DNA of 64,000 nt from Octopus bimaculoides (GCF_001194135.2 NC_068997.1:45950721-46014720); one strand, 5' to 3'; positions 51,939-64,000 are shown, numbered from the stretch's first letter. Notes: generated by a model not told the origin, from the sequence alone. Numbers and translations are program-made.

Positions 51939-53580
51939 CAAACTTTCGCTGTTTAATTTTCACAACAAAATATGTATTGTCTGCATGAACTGAACTAGTT
52001 TTTTTTGTAATATAATGTTAAGTTTCAGTTTCTTTTCAAATTTTTTTTTTTTTTTTGCATTCCAACATTTCACATAACTTTATTCATTAAAACTTCCATT
52101 GTTGAATACTGTCATCATAATGTCATTATGCACAAAATGCCAGCTTCCAAATCCTGTTTTTTGACTGGGTAAAAATGATCAAACTTTAAACCTTTGTAAC
52201 ATTTTACTAATTTTTCTAGAACAAATGAACACCAGATTTGACATAAAAAAATTACATCAATGTACCAAATTTGAATATTTTCACCTAAATTTAAAATTTA
52301 AAAAAGTGAAGCCAAACAGAAAAGACTTGACTTTGTAAATCATCAGTTGATCTTAAAAGTCACCTCAGAGTACATGGATGTATAACATTGAGCAGTTTGA
52401 GAAAAAACTGAATAATGAGGTAGCTATCACCTTTCGTAATAAAGCAATCACCATATAGTTGCAAATTTGTCTATTTCTGGCAATCGAGCAACTACAAAGC
52501 TACATTAGCAACTCCTTTTGCTGACATATGTATATATGAGGAAATGACAATGGACCAGGAGATGTGGCGATTTGCTGTACTCGATAAGACAATGTCAAGC
52601 TCAGTAGAATCACTCTGTCTTCCGCACACACAAGCTTGTCCTTTCAGATGTCGGAGCACAAAAAAAGCATCCATGCTGGTGCTGCATAAATGTGTCTGTG
52701 ATAGTGACATGTAAAAAGCACCGAGCATACTCTGTTAAGTAGTTAGCGTTAGGAAGGGCATCCAGCCACAGCAGACAGTTGGAGTCCAGACAACTCCCTG
52801 CCAGCCAGCTCCATGTCAAACCACCCAATCCATGCCAGCATAGAGAGCGGACATAAAACAATGATGATGAATGAAATTTTGCTTTAAGGCTCAAATACTG
52901 TAAATACAGAAAACACAGGCGAAACAAATTTATAAGAAAAGCAAGCATATGGTTTTTATTTGACTAATGATGGAAAAATTATCAATCATCAGTAAATGTT
53001 TATACAACATGTGGGGTGAGCAATGTCCAGTATTAGCAGCCATATCTTTATTTATAAACTACCTTCCATATTGACATCCAAGACCCAGTTGGTGTTCATC
53101 CATTCAGAAATGTCCTCATTACCTAAATGTTCTTCTGCCTCTATCAAGTCTCATTCCCAATTATTTCAGTTTATCAGTTAGTTCCCTCCATGAAAAAGGT
53201 AATCTTATCTGGCTGTCTAAGACCACTATCCATGAGCTCCATTGGTAACTATTAGTAAACTAACCCCCCACCACACACCTCTCTAGACATCATGAAAGCA
53301 CTTATTCCTTCTAGCCATAAACTCACTTTAAGACCCACAAGCTGTGTTCCCTATATCTTACAGATGTGAACTCCCTTGGGTTATCACGTTAGCTGTGAAT
53401 TCAAATCACTTGAGTAAACGAGTTCACAGCAAATAAATCCGAGAGTATATGTTTTTTAGCATAACACTGCTTAGTGCTTTTATTGCTTGGACAAAAAAGA
53501 TCATATGATGTTTTTCCTTTTCTCCATCAGGAATTAAAATATAAAAAAAAATTAAAGTGTATCTCAGACTTCATCTCCTT

Positions 53581-54230
53581 CTAGTTAAACAACCTGTTCT
53601 GACTCCCAACTGTACTTGATGGAAAGCCTTCATTTTGGTATCCTGTGTTATAAGCATTGAAATAAGGCTGTTGCATTTGTCCATTCTTGTTATTACCACC
53701 ACCATGTATATTCAACATGATCCCATCCTGTGCCTGAGAATTATCAAACATATTAGTAGATTCCTGGTTGTACCCCATCCCTTCACTGTTAGTGGATTCC
53801 TGGTTGTGCCCCATCCCTTCACTGTTAATGGGTCCCTGGTTGTACCCCATCCCTTCACTGTTAGTGGGTCCCTGGTTGTACCCCATCCCTTCACTGTTAG
53901 AGGGTCTCTGATTGTACCCCATCCCTTCACTGTTAGAGGGTCTCTGATTGTACCCCATCCCTTCACTGTTAGTAGATTTCTGGTTGTACCCCATCCCTTC
54001 ACTGTTAGTAGGTCTCTGGTTGTATCCCATCCCTTTACTGTTAGTTGTTTTACTACTGTCAACAAATGCTCCAGTAGTGTCACGCCCTGTTGAATTCACG
54101 GGGTTACCAAACCACTGGTCATTGGGTTGGTTCATGCTACTGTTGCCAATGTCTCCATACGTGTGGGACCAGCTGTCCACCTTCCTATCTACACTGCTGG
54201 AATCCCAAGATCTCTGGTTAGATCCACCAC
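53581..54230 (-). CDS. Unidentified low-complexity gene ('gene 3'), terminal exon
   Basis: ttccttttag acceptor, phase 1, open to TAG at 53581-53583. G/S/N/Q/M/Y-rich with 8 x 12-aa repeat. Confidence 0.82.
53753..54040 (-). repeat. Coding minisatellite, 8 x 36 bp (NSEGMGYNQ[R/K/G/E][P/S][T/S/I])
   Basis: Unit ttagtagattcctggttgtaccccatcccttcactg on the + strand, read directly. Confidence 0.95.
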
Positions 54231-54498
54231 CTAAAAGGAAGACACAGAAAAGGTAGTGTTTAAAGATGCACAAATATATAAACTGAAAATTTCAATAAAT
54301 TAATATTAAAACAGAATAATGAGAGATATAAAGAAAAGGATTGTATTGAAAGAGGGACTGCTTCAGAAGGCACAGAGAAACAGTGAAAATACTATATTCG
54401 GAAATAGAGCGTACAAAATTTCATCTGTGGGTGAGTGAGTGAAATGGAGACGGGGAAAGAGGTGATCAAAAACATCGAGTAAAATAATAGAAACTTAC

Positions 54499-54638
54499 CA
54501 AGAGAACTTCTCATTTGACCCCTTCTATTACGAGAGGATGTATTTCGGCTGTCAGGATCTTGTTCTCGATTAGGGCCAATATAACTTCTTTCAGGTTCTC
54601 TACTTCGACCCATGTCTCTTCTTGCATCAAAGCCTATC
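54499..54638 (-). CDS. Gene 3 exon Y (IGFDARRDMGRSREPERSY...RRGQMRSSL)
   Basis: ttctttttccag acceptor, GTAAGT donor, 140 nt, phase 2-1. Confidence 0.82.
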
Positions 54639-54757
54639 CTGGAAAAAGAAGTAAATCAGACAGAAGAAGGGCAAATTTACTTTGTTATAGAAGTATTTAG
54701 AAACATATCTGCACAAAAGACACTTTGATATTTGGTTTCTAAAACTAAAAATTCAGC

Positions 54758-54798
<41 letters not shown>

Positions 54799-54805
54799 AA
54801 ATTAC

Positions 54806-54940
54806 CAGTTTTCATCTGTTCGAGACCAGTCATCATTTCTGCCTTGAAAATCTTGCGAAGGACCCATTTCCCAACTCGTCATTCCTCTTTCTGTCTGACC
54901 AACCCATCTTCCATAATCTGTATTGCCATATTCATTATAG
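54806..54940 (-). CDS. Gene 3 exon X2 (YNEYGNTDYGRWVG...SRTDEN)
   Basis: Strong polypyrimidine acceptor ttttttctgtcag, GTAATT donor, 135 nt, phase 2-2. Needed to avoid a TAG at the R6-Y junction. Confidence 0.8.
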
Positions 54941-56149
54941 CTGACAGAAAAAAAGAGAAATGACATATTATATGTAACCATGTACCTCCTCTATAGCAAA
55001 ATACCTGTTTTTGCCTCTCTGTTTTTCTGTCACACTATAACCTTTCTTCATCTGACACAAGATCACCTGCTCCAAAATTCCTTGTCTTGCAGGTTACTTG
55101 GTGACCCTGCCAGTGCTGGTGCCACATAAAAAGCATCCAGTCCACACTGTAAAGTGGTTGGCTTTTGGAAGGGCATCCAGCTGTAAAAACCATGCCAAGA
55201 CTGACCTCACCTGTGCTGGGGTTGTGTAAAAAGCACTCAGTCCACTCTGTGGGGTGGTTGGTGTTAGGAAGGGCATCCACCCATAAAAAACATGCCAAAA
55301 CAGACACGGTAGCCTGGGGTAGTCTTCTACCTGGCTGGCTCCTGTCAAACCAACCGACGCCAGCATGGAAGGCAGACAATGATGATGACGATGATGATGA
55401 TATATATCATAAACACAATCATTATCATTTTAACATCTTCTTTTCCATGTTTACATGGTCTGATGGAATTCACTGAGGTGGATTTTCTACAGCCAGATGC
55501 TCTTCCAACTGCCCACCCTCACTTGCTTCCAGGTAAGGTTATATTTCCCCCTCCTAGCTGGACAAGTTTACACCTGCAACTGGAAATGATCAACACCACT
55601 TGTGTGACAGTGAGGCTTATTTACAACTATCATGCAATGACAAGGAGACACAAACACACAAATATATTACATATGACAGGCTTCTTTCAACTTCTCTCTA
55701 ACAAATCCAGCTACAAGGTTTTGGTCAGCCTGTGTCTTTAGTAGAAGATACTTGCGCAAGGTGCCACGCAGTGGGACTGAACCTGAAAGTATATAGTTAT
55801 ATCATCATCATTGTTTTATGTCCGTTTTCCATGCTGGCATGGGTTGAACAGTTTGACAGGAGCTGACCAGCTGGAGAGCTGTCCATACTCCAATTGTCTG
55901 TTTTGGCATGGTTTCTACAGGTCAATGCCCTTCCTAATGCCAACCAATTTACAGTGTGCTGGATGCATTTTTACGTGCCAGCAGTACGAGTGCATTTTAC
56001 ATGGCATCGGCATGAGTATACACATACACACATGAGTACAAGAGGTCAAAGGCTGAGAAAGGAAAGAGAAAAATAAACCCAATGTAAAACTACACAATTC
56101 CAGTAAATAGGAAGTAAGAAAAGAACTGACTCCATCATGCAAAACTTAC

Positions 56150-56281
56150 TAGGATTCATTCTGGAATGGGGGTTCATATCTAGGAGCGTTGTTGTTATAA
56201 CTGCTCCTCCTGGATCTTCTGGGTCTGTTCCAGTCTTTATCCCCACGAGGTCTCTTCATAGAATGAGTCATTTCCTCCGGT
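56150..56281 (-). CDS. Gene 3 repeat exon R6 (PEEMTHSMKRPR...PPFQNES)
   Basis: 132 nt, phase 2-2, GTAAGT donor, homologous flanks. Confidence 0.8.
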
Positions 56282-56942
56282 CTATTTTAAACAATAAACA
56301 GCAAAATAAAGTTAACAGAAGTAAACAACTATAGCACTGAATGCAAATAGAGGATAAGATAGTGAATAGTCTTAACTCCGAACAATAAACAAGAGTGCTT
56401 GCTATGTGGTTGTTCAAGCAACTAGAAACAGCAGCCAAATCTTTAAATCACTCTTTGTGGCTCCCTGATATAATGCTTTGCTTCCACCGTTTCCCCAGTC
56501 CTTCCAAGCCTGTCTCTTGGCTCTTATAGCACTGTCCACTTCCTTGTCCCACCACCAAGTCACCGTCGGCCTGAGACTTTGCATCAACCACAGATTTGGT
56601 CAGCAGTACCCAGTAAACAATATATATTATGTAGATAAGTAAGGGAAAAGTGTATCTGTTTATTCCACTATTAGTTTATACACACACATACATATGTGTG
56701 AGAGTAAGTATGTATATACACAAACATATAATACATGCATGAATATATGGGTGTGAGAGAGTGTGTACACAGACAAATACACATATAACGCAGATGTTTA
56801 TATAGTCACACACAAGAAGTCAAAATTGAGAAAAGAAAAAGAAAAAAAAAGGGGGGGGGGAATTAATGTTAAACATCACAATTTCAGTGAATAAGAAATT
56901 GATGAAACCCTGCAGACAGGGTTTCCAGTACACACAGCTTAC

Positions 56943-57074
56943 CGAGATTCATTCTGGAATGGAAGATCAAATCTAGAAGTGTTGTTATAATTGCTCATGC
57001 TGGGTTGATTGGGTTCATCATGTTGTTTCCTTTGATTCAGAGATTTCTGTATGGAATGTATAAGTTCTCTCAGC
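56943..57074 (-). CDS. Gene 3 repeat exon R5 (LRELIHSIQK...LPFQNES)
   Basis: 132 nt, phase 2-2, GTAAGC donor. Confidence 0.8.
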
Positions 57075-57648
57075 CTGTTTTAAAGAATAAGCAACAAATG
57101 AAGTTAACAATTGCTGCACTGAATGATAGCAGGTAATGGGAAAAGGGAGTAAATAGTCTTAAATCCGAATAATACACAACTAAGCTAAGAAGAGCTAAGA
57201 AGCGTACTTCTATGTGATTACTCAATGAAAAACAACAGCCAAATCTTTGACAAAATCACTATTTATTGGCTTAAAATTTTAAATGGATGCAACAGATAAT
57301 GTAGGCCTACATTATGTCTAAAAATAGATGAAATGATCAAGACTGGAGTACCTTTGATCAAAGGTCTGCTCAATTTGATGAAACCTAGGAGTAAACAACA
57401 CTAGCTGTGGATTTAGAACCACAAAACAAGAACAATTAATGACTAGTGTTGACCTCTATGAAAAGCTGGTATATGCACCAACACTGACCAACACAGAGGC
57501 TGGTGCATGCACCAACACTGATCTACATGAAGACTATTGTTTACAACAAAACTCATCTATATATCAGCACATGTTTAGATCAACATGGGTTTTATACAGT
57601 TAAAATCAAAAGTAAAAGTTAAGACTTTTAAATAACAAGCAAAATTAC

Positions 57649-57834
57649 TGTTTAAGTTTTTCTTCAATTTGTCTTTCAACTTTCTTTTGAACATTTGGGA
57701 AAGGAAACGTTTCTTGCTTCTTCATTTGTTTTTCTTCAGGGATATCCAAGTGGCTTACACCTTCCAAAACTCTCCCAGTCATCTCATTACTCTGAACTTG
57801 TTTTCCATAATCCGTGTTCTTATATTCATTACCA
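57649..57834 (-). CDS. Gene 3 exon X1 (GNEYKNTDYGKQ...EEKLK), paralogous to X2
   Basis: tttttctctcag acceptor and CA/GTAATT donor give 186 nt, phase 2-2. If unspliced it ends at CAG TAA, so it could also be an alternative terminal exon. Confidence 0.7.
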
Positions 57835-57959
57835 CTGAGAGAAAAAGAGATAAGAAATGATACACACACACACACTTGTAAGATGCCAATGTTAAAAAAG
57901 GTAAAAGAAATTTTAATTTAGAACACCACATTTCCAGTAATCTCTATCACACAGCTTAC

Positions 57960-58106
57960 CGAAACTGACTTTTTAATAGAAGTTGTAATGCAGCGAGTAT
58001 AGGGAAATTTCTCATTATCGATCCCATGGGTCCAGCCGAGAGTGCTTCTTTACGGGGACTGCTTCCATCCTGAAGGTTCTGCATGAAACCGATCGTGTCT
58101 TTCAGC
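57960..58106 (-). CDS. Gene 3 repeat exon R4 (LKDTIGFMQN...LLLKSQF)
   Basis: 147 nt, phase 2-2, GTAAGC donor. Confidence 0.78.
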
Positions 58107-58523
58107 CTATTTTAAATAATAAACAACAAAATAACATTAACAAAAGTAAACAACCCCTCTACTGAATGATAAGCAGATAGATGATAAGATGATAGTCTTA
58201 ACTCTGAACAATAAACAACTAGGACACCAGTTGTGCCAACAAGAGTGTCTTTATGTGACAGCTAAGGCAACTAAAAAATAGCAACTAAGTTTTTGTCAAA
58301 TCATTCTTTGTTGCCGTAAAAATTTAAATGGACGCATCAGATAATGTAAGCCTATATTATGTCTAAAAACAGATGGAATAATTAAGACTGAAATACCTCT
58401 GGTCAAAGATCTGCTCAGTATGGTGAGATATAGAGGTATAGTGACAGGTATGTATGTACACTAGCACTTGTAAAAGTGCCAAAGGCAAAAGTAATGTTAA
58501 TTTAGAACACAGCAATTCTAGTA

Positions 58524-59006
58524 CAGTAATCACTTGCCATATCATGGTTCGTCTATCAAGCCCTCAGTACATCGTGGATTTTTCAGGCTAATATATGTAA
58601 ATTTATATCACGGACTCCTCAGTATATCGTGGATTTCTGAGGCCAATAGATATTTCTATTTTTTGAGATTTTAATTATTCCTGTAGTAAAATAAGCATTT
58701 TCATGCCTAAAAAATTCATAAATTAATCAATAAAAATACAGTACTGTATAACACATTAATTAAGATATATTAAAAGAAAATACGTAATGTACCGTAGATG
58801 AGTAAACAAAGAATCGCACACACTGTACGGAAAACTAAAGCCGGGAGACGAGTGTGTGGTGTTGTTTTGCATTTATAATAAAATAAATATATACAAATTA
58901 TAAAAGTAATACAATATACAGTACATTACTGTTTCTATTTTGTGGACTTTCATCTATCATGGGTTTTTTTTTAAAAGCAACACCTGCAATAGTCAAGGGA
59001 TTACTG
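58524..59006. mobile_element. pogo/Tigger-like non-autonomous element
   Basis: Termini TA-cagtaatcac... and ...gggattactg-TA. Lies between exons R3 and R4. Confidence 0.6.
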
Positions 59007-59052
59007 TAAAATGAAAGCAATGGTATATTGGTGTGCATCACACACAGCTTAC

Positions 59053-59196
59053 CAAGGTTGATTTCGGAATGAACGTTCAAATAGAGAGGGGATATGGGAA
59101 TTGTTCCTCCTATTCCTCTTTCTCTTTGATTGTGTGGGTCCATCTGGGTTGCTTTGATCTTGAGGTTGGTGCATGGAATGGGTATTTCCTTCCAAC
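59053..59196 (-). CDS. Gene 3 repeat exon R3 (LEGNTHSMHQ...SFRNQP)
   Basis: 144 nt, phase 2-2, GTAAGC donor. Confidence 0.8.
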
Positions 59197-59453
59197 CTAT
59201 TTTAAACAATAAACACAGTAAAATGAAGTTAACAGAAATAAACAATTGCTGGATCGAATGATAAGCAGTGAGAGGAAAACATATTAAATAACCCTAACCC
59301 TGCAGAGTAAGTGACCAGAACACCAACTGAGCCAACAGAAGTGCCTCCATGGTACTTGACAGACTAGAAACAGCAGCCAAATCTGAAAAATCATTTGCTA
59401 AAGGGAAAAAAAAAAATGGATTCACTGAATTGTCTCCATCACACACAACTTAC

Positions 59454-59600
59454 TGAGATTGATTGTGGGATGGAAGTTCAAATATAGACAGAATATTGGA
59501 ATTTCTCTCCTTTGATCCTGTAAGTCCACTGGAGAACTCTCCCTTACATGGGTTGCCTCGATCCAGAGGTCTTTTCACAGAACGTGTAATTTCTTGCAGC
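59454..59600 (-). CDS. Gene 3 repeat exon R2 (LQEITRSVKR...LPSHNQS)
   Basis: 147 nt, phase 2-2, GTAAGT donor. Confidence 0.8.
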
Positions 59601-60200
59601 CTATTTTAAACAATAAGCAACAAAATGAAGATACTGCGCAGAATAAGCAGCTAGAGGATAAGATAGTAAATAACTTTTTACAGAAGGGTAAATGATCAGA
59701 GTACTAAGCAATATAGTACTCAACATACTAGAAACAGCAGCTAAATCTTCCTACCAAAAAAAAAAAATGTGGTTGAGCCTGTGTAATAAGAAGTTAGCTT
59801 CCCAACCATATTGTTCCAGGTTCAGTCTCACAGCACAGCACCTTGGGAAAGCGTCTTCTACTGCAGCTCTGGGTCAACCAAAGCCTTGTGAATGGATTTG
59901 GTAGATGGAAACTGAAAGAAGCCTGTCACTGTGTGTGTGTGTGTGCATGTGTATATCCATTTATATGTTTGAGTCTTTGTGCTTATCCATTACCAGTGTT
60001 GATTTGCTTACTTCCCTATAACTTAGTGATTTGGCAAATAGAGATCGACAGAATAAGCACCAGGCTTTCATAAGAACTTAGTAATGGAGTCAAGTTGTTT
60101 GACTAAATGTTTCATAGCAGTGCCCCAGCATGGCCACAGTCCAATGACTGAAACAAGATGAAGGGTAAAAGATAGATTGTTTCCATCATGCACGACTTAC

Positions 60201-60347
60201 CAAGATTGATTTTGGAATGGAAGTTGAAATATAGAGGGGGTATGAGGACTGTTCATCCGTGATCTCATGGATCCACCTGAGAACTTTCGCTTATTTGCAT
60301 CTCTTGGATCATTAGATATTTCCATGGCATTTCTCATCTCATTCAGC
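60201..60347 (-). CDS. Gene 3 repeat exon R1 (LNEMRNAME...LPFQNQS)
   Basis: 147 nt, phase 2-2, GTAAGT donor. Confidence 0.8.
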
Positions 60348-60907
60348 CTATTTAAAACAATAAACAGAAAAATAAAGTAAACAACTGCTGTACTGAATAA
60401 TAGAGAAAAAGATAGTAAATAGTCAAGACACCACCGAGACAACAAGAGTGCCTCTATGGCAATGATTCCCAACATGGGGCATACATTCCCACCAGTGGGG
60501 CCTGGGAAAATTGTGGTAGGGTGTGGGAGTTAAAATTTTTTTTTTTGTTCTTTAGTGGGATATGGAATTGTGAAAATCTTTCTACAGCAGACTACACCTA
60601 TATTCAGCCTAACCAAGTTAATCCCTCTGGTCAAGCATACTGTATGAAGACTGTTTGCTACAGTATAGCGCTATTCTAATGCCCTAGTGTGGATATTTCT
60701 TTAAGAAAAGTATATAATTATGAAAGGCGTGGCTGTGTGGTAAGTAGCTTGCTCCCCAACCACATGGTTCCCGGTTCAGTCCCATTGTCTGGCACCTTAG
60801 GCAAGTGTCTTCTACCATAATCTCAAGCTGTCCAAAAAGCCTTGTGAGTAGATTTAGTAGATGGAAACTGAAACAAGCCCATCATGTATGTATGTGTATG
60901 TATCTGT

Positions 60908-60953
<46 letters not shown>

Positions 60954-61879
60954 AAGTTGTTTTTTTTCCAACTACCAGTGGGACATATATTTTTCTGGAA
61001 AGTTATAGTAGGGCCTGGGGAAAAATAGGTTGGGAAAACTGCTCCATGGCATTCAACATACTAGAAACAGCAGCCAACTCTTCCTTTAGAAATAAAAAGA
61101 GTTTTAAAAAACCGTTCCTCACCATCTCTCAAAAAAAGAGAGCAAAAAATCAGATACGTTGGACAACATAGTTCTCAAGTCTTAAAAATAGGTTGAATGA
61201 TCACAGCTTTGACTATAGGTCTACACAATCTGGACTGATCAAGAGTTAATTTATAGCCAGAGAATAAGACAATAAACAGTTCCAATACCAATACAACAGC
61301 TGAGATACCAATGTAGATAATGGCATTTATTCTCTGCTACTGAGAAACAAGAGACCTTCACAGTATATAATTTCATTTTTAATAAGACAAGGTTGCTTTA
61401 TAAATATATTGCTGTCAATCTTGATTAAGTGGACTATGAAGAAAAATATTACAGCAGAAGTGTTAAGACCTGTCCCTCTGGCGGTGAAAAGCACTTGTGG
61501 CAGTGCCATGTGAAAGCACCCAGCACCCACTATAAAGTGGTTAGTGTTAGAAAGGGCATCTGGCTGAAGAAACCATGCCAAACCAAAACGGAAGTCTGGT
61601 GCAGCTCCCCAGCTTTGATCAAATTATCCAACCCATGCTAGCATGGACAATAGATGTTAAAAGATGATGATGATGATGAACCACAATTTTATTTAGCTTG
61701 ACATATCTTCTCAAACACAGCTAACTGCCAAAAGTCTCGGTTCCTTGTCAAGCAAAACACCAGAAGTTTCAGTCCCCAAGGGGAATAAAATAAATTAGTC
61801 AAGTTAAATAAGTGATGTCAAAGACAATGATAAAAAAAAATTAAGTTGACAGAGTAACAACACAATCTGTCTCACTCAC

Positions 61880-61975
61880 AGCAACACCTCTGTCCATAGA
61901 AAATTCAGTTCAAGAAGTTGTCTTCCGATTTCACATTTTGATAGGTTCAGATTTTCTATTTTCATTTTCTCCCAC
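61880..61975 (-). CDS. Gene 3 candidate upstream exon (WEKMKIENL...LWTEVL)
   Basis: tacttttcag acceptor, GTGAGT donor, 96 nt. Open only in the phase 2-2 frame, which is the frame R1 requires. Confidence 0.5.
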
Positions 61976-64000
61976 CTGAAAAGTATGAAATAACATAAAT
62001 AAAGATATCAAAAAATTTAAACAAAAAGAAAATGAAAATCATAGTCTACACACACCAACCTGTAACTAATCTGACTGGTATTACTTTACAGAATATCCAA
62101 GAAACTTTCTTTGGAATCTCTGGGAAAATTAAGTATTTGTCCCAAGATCACTTTTCTAACCTTCTAATAGCTTTGTAATAGATTTTAATGATGTGATTAT
62201 TTTAGAATGCCATTATAAGGTGAGTATGAAAGACTTAAGTTTGAACAAAAAAAACAGCAAGAATATTTCAACCCGATACGGAAGGTTTTAATACTAAAGG
62301 GTTTAAACATAGACAGGATAAAGAACAGCTTGTTGACATAGGGTATTTTTGAGGTATAAGGATAATATATAAACACATTTTGTTTTTCAGAAAAGAGAAG
62401 TCACATTTGGACAAAGTAACAGTGTGCCAGACAAGAGACAAACATCACTGTGAGCTGGACAGAGACATTTAAGTATCAAGTTAACAACATTCACATAACA
62501 ATAAATATGTAGCATGTAGAGGTACAGTTTAGAGAGTATGTGTGATTGGTTGACCTATCTTTTATCTTTTACTTGTTTCACTCATTAGATTGCAGCCATG
62601 CTGGGACACAAGCTTAAAGAATTTTAGTTGAATGAATCACCCTCAGCACTTATTTTTTTTTTTTAAAGCTTGGTAGTTATTCTATCAATCTCTTTTGCTA
62701 AACCACTAAGTTATTGGGACATACATACACACACACCAAAACCAGTTGTCAAACAGTGGTTAGGGACAAACACAGACACAAAGACACACACACACACATA
62801 TATATATATACAACAGGCTTTTTTCAGTTTACGTCTAACAAACCCTACACCCACAAGGTCTTGGTCGGTCCAAGGTACCATACAGTGGGGCTGAACCCAG
62901 AATCATGTTGTTAGGAAGCAAGCTTCTTACCATACACCCACACCTGTGCCTACAAGAAATCTTGAACATATAACATCTTCCTTCTATCATCTTAAAGAAT
63001 ACATGTACTGGATAAGATAGTTCTAAAGATAGTCATAAAAAAATGGGATGGTTACAGCTGGAATGCCTTCAATCATATGTCTGCATAATAAGATTTGATC
63101 TGAGACTAAGCAACAACACAAACAACAGTTCACCACAAGAATCGAGAAACTGTATGTCTGACAATCATTTCATTAAATGTCCATGCTAAGGAGTATATCC
63201 TCTTTTCATCTCTATAAAGAGTAAAATATTTTCAGTAATGCCCAACCAACTGGATTTTTTCCTCTTGACTTACCTCCAGCTTTTGAAACAAATTAAATTC
63301 TAAGTTCATCATAAGCCAAATGAGCTATTCAAAAGATTTCAAAATGATTTATAACTCAGTCAGAAAAGGAAAAGCTGTACACAAAATTTGTTTTTTTCAG
63401 TTTCTCCAAGATTGATTAGAAAAAGGGAAGAAGCTATCCTTAGATTAAATACCTAGCCTGAAAGCTTGAAAGAGTGTATACTCTGCTAAAAGCAGCCAAG
63501 GACCAGATGTTGTGTTAAACCAGGTGACAGGAGTATTCTTTTACCAAAAACTGGAATAGCCCCTCAGACGAGGCTTAACATAGTTTGCATCTACCAAAAT
63601 TTCACTAAAAAAGCACTGGTCAATCTGAGCATATGATACAAGACACTTGCCCAATGTGTTGCACAGCAAAGCATGGCGGTGTGGTAAGAAGTCTGCTTCC
63701 CAACAACATAGCTCTGGGTTCAGTTCCACTGTGTGGCACCTTGGGCAAGTGTCTTCTACTATAGCCTTGGGCCGACCAAAGCCTCGAGTGGATTTGTTAG
63801 ATGGAAACTGAAAGAACCCGTCGTGTGTGTGGTTCTATATTTGTCCCCCCACCACCACCGCATGACAACAGATGTTAATATGTTTACATCCCTGTAATCC
63901 AGTGGTTTGCCAAAAGGAGACCAATAGAATAAGTACCAGGCTCTTTAACAAAAAGTCCTGGGGTTAATTTGCTTGACTAAAACCCTTCAAGGCAGTGTCC

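Noticed and set aside
53635-54093. Alternative-frame and antisense repeat ORFs (VVPHPFTVSGSL and LTVKGWGTTRDP repeats)
   Set aside because: By-products of a stop-free 36-bp unit. Only the NSEGMGYNQ frame links to splice sites.
61915-61935. 18-nt near-match (gtgaaatcggaaga(c/g)aac) between the gene 3 upstream exon and exon A'
   Set aside because: Different reading frames, and such a match is expected by chance in a 64-kb self comparison.
62090-62119. Possible 30-nt phase 2-2 micro-exon DSKESFLDI of gene 3
   Set aside because: The acceptor is good but the donor GTAAAG is weak. Cannot be supported without transcripts.
63545-63604. Possible phase 2-2 exon EILVDANYVKPRLRGYSSF
   Set aside because: The sequence is largely a degenerate family-2 SINE on the minus strand and the splice context is weak.

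Overview
AT-rich, microsatellite-rich animal genomic DNA from a gapped assembly. The SINE/RTE/Penelope repeat landscape suggests a coleoid cephalopod, probably Octopus (inference). Three spliced genes lie on the minus strand; I reconstructed them by hand from GT-AG sites and codon phase. (1) A divergent SAFB/SLTM-family RRM gene (exons from about 31.9 kb down to 3.4 kb, 3' end not found in the window). It has no visible SAP domain and carries an internally duplicated three-exon module. (2) A complete 7-exon tektin-4 gene (50623 to 38514, 467 aa). (3) The 3' part of an unidentified low-complexity gene (about 62 kb to 53581). It is built from a tandem array of symmetric phase-2 exons and ends in 8 copies of a 12-aa NSEGMGYNQxxx repeat. 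Introns and spacers hold tRNA-derived SINEs (several with 11-13 bp TSDs), RTE, R4/Dong-like and CR1/Jockey-like LINE fragments, Penelope-like elements, mariner/maT/pogo/Chapaev3 DNA transposon relics and a Helitron helicase relic. The most notable signals are a minimal hammerhead ribozyme downstream of a tRNA-like Pol III head about 500 bp upstream of TEKT4, a fold-back Penelope insertion that starts almost exactly at that ribozyme's predicted cleavage site, and the exon-array gene. All alignments and counts are manual and no database searches were run.
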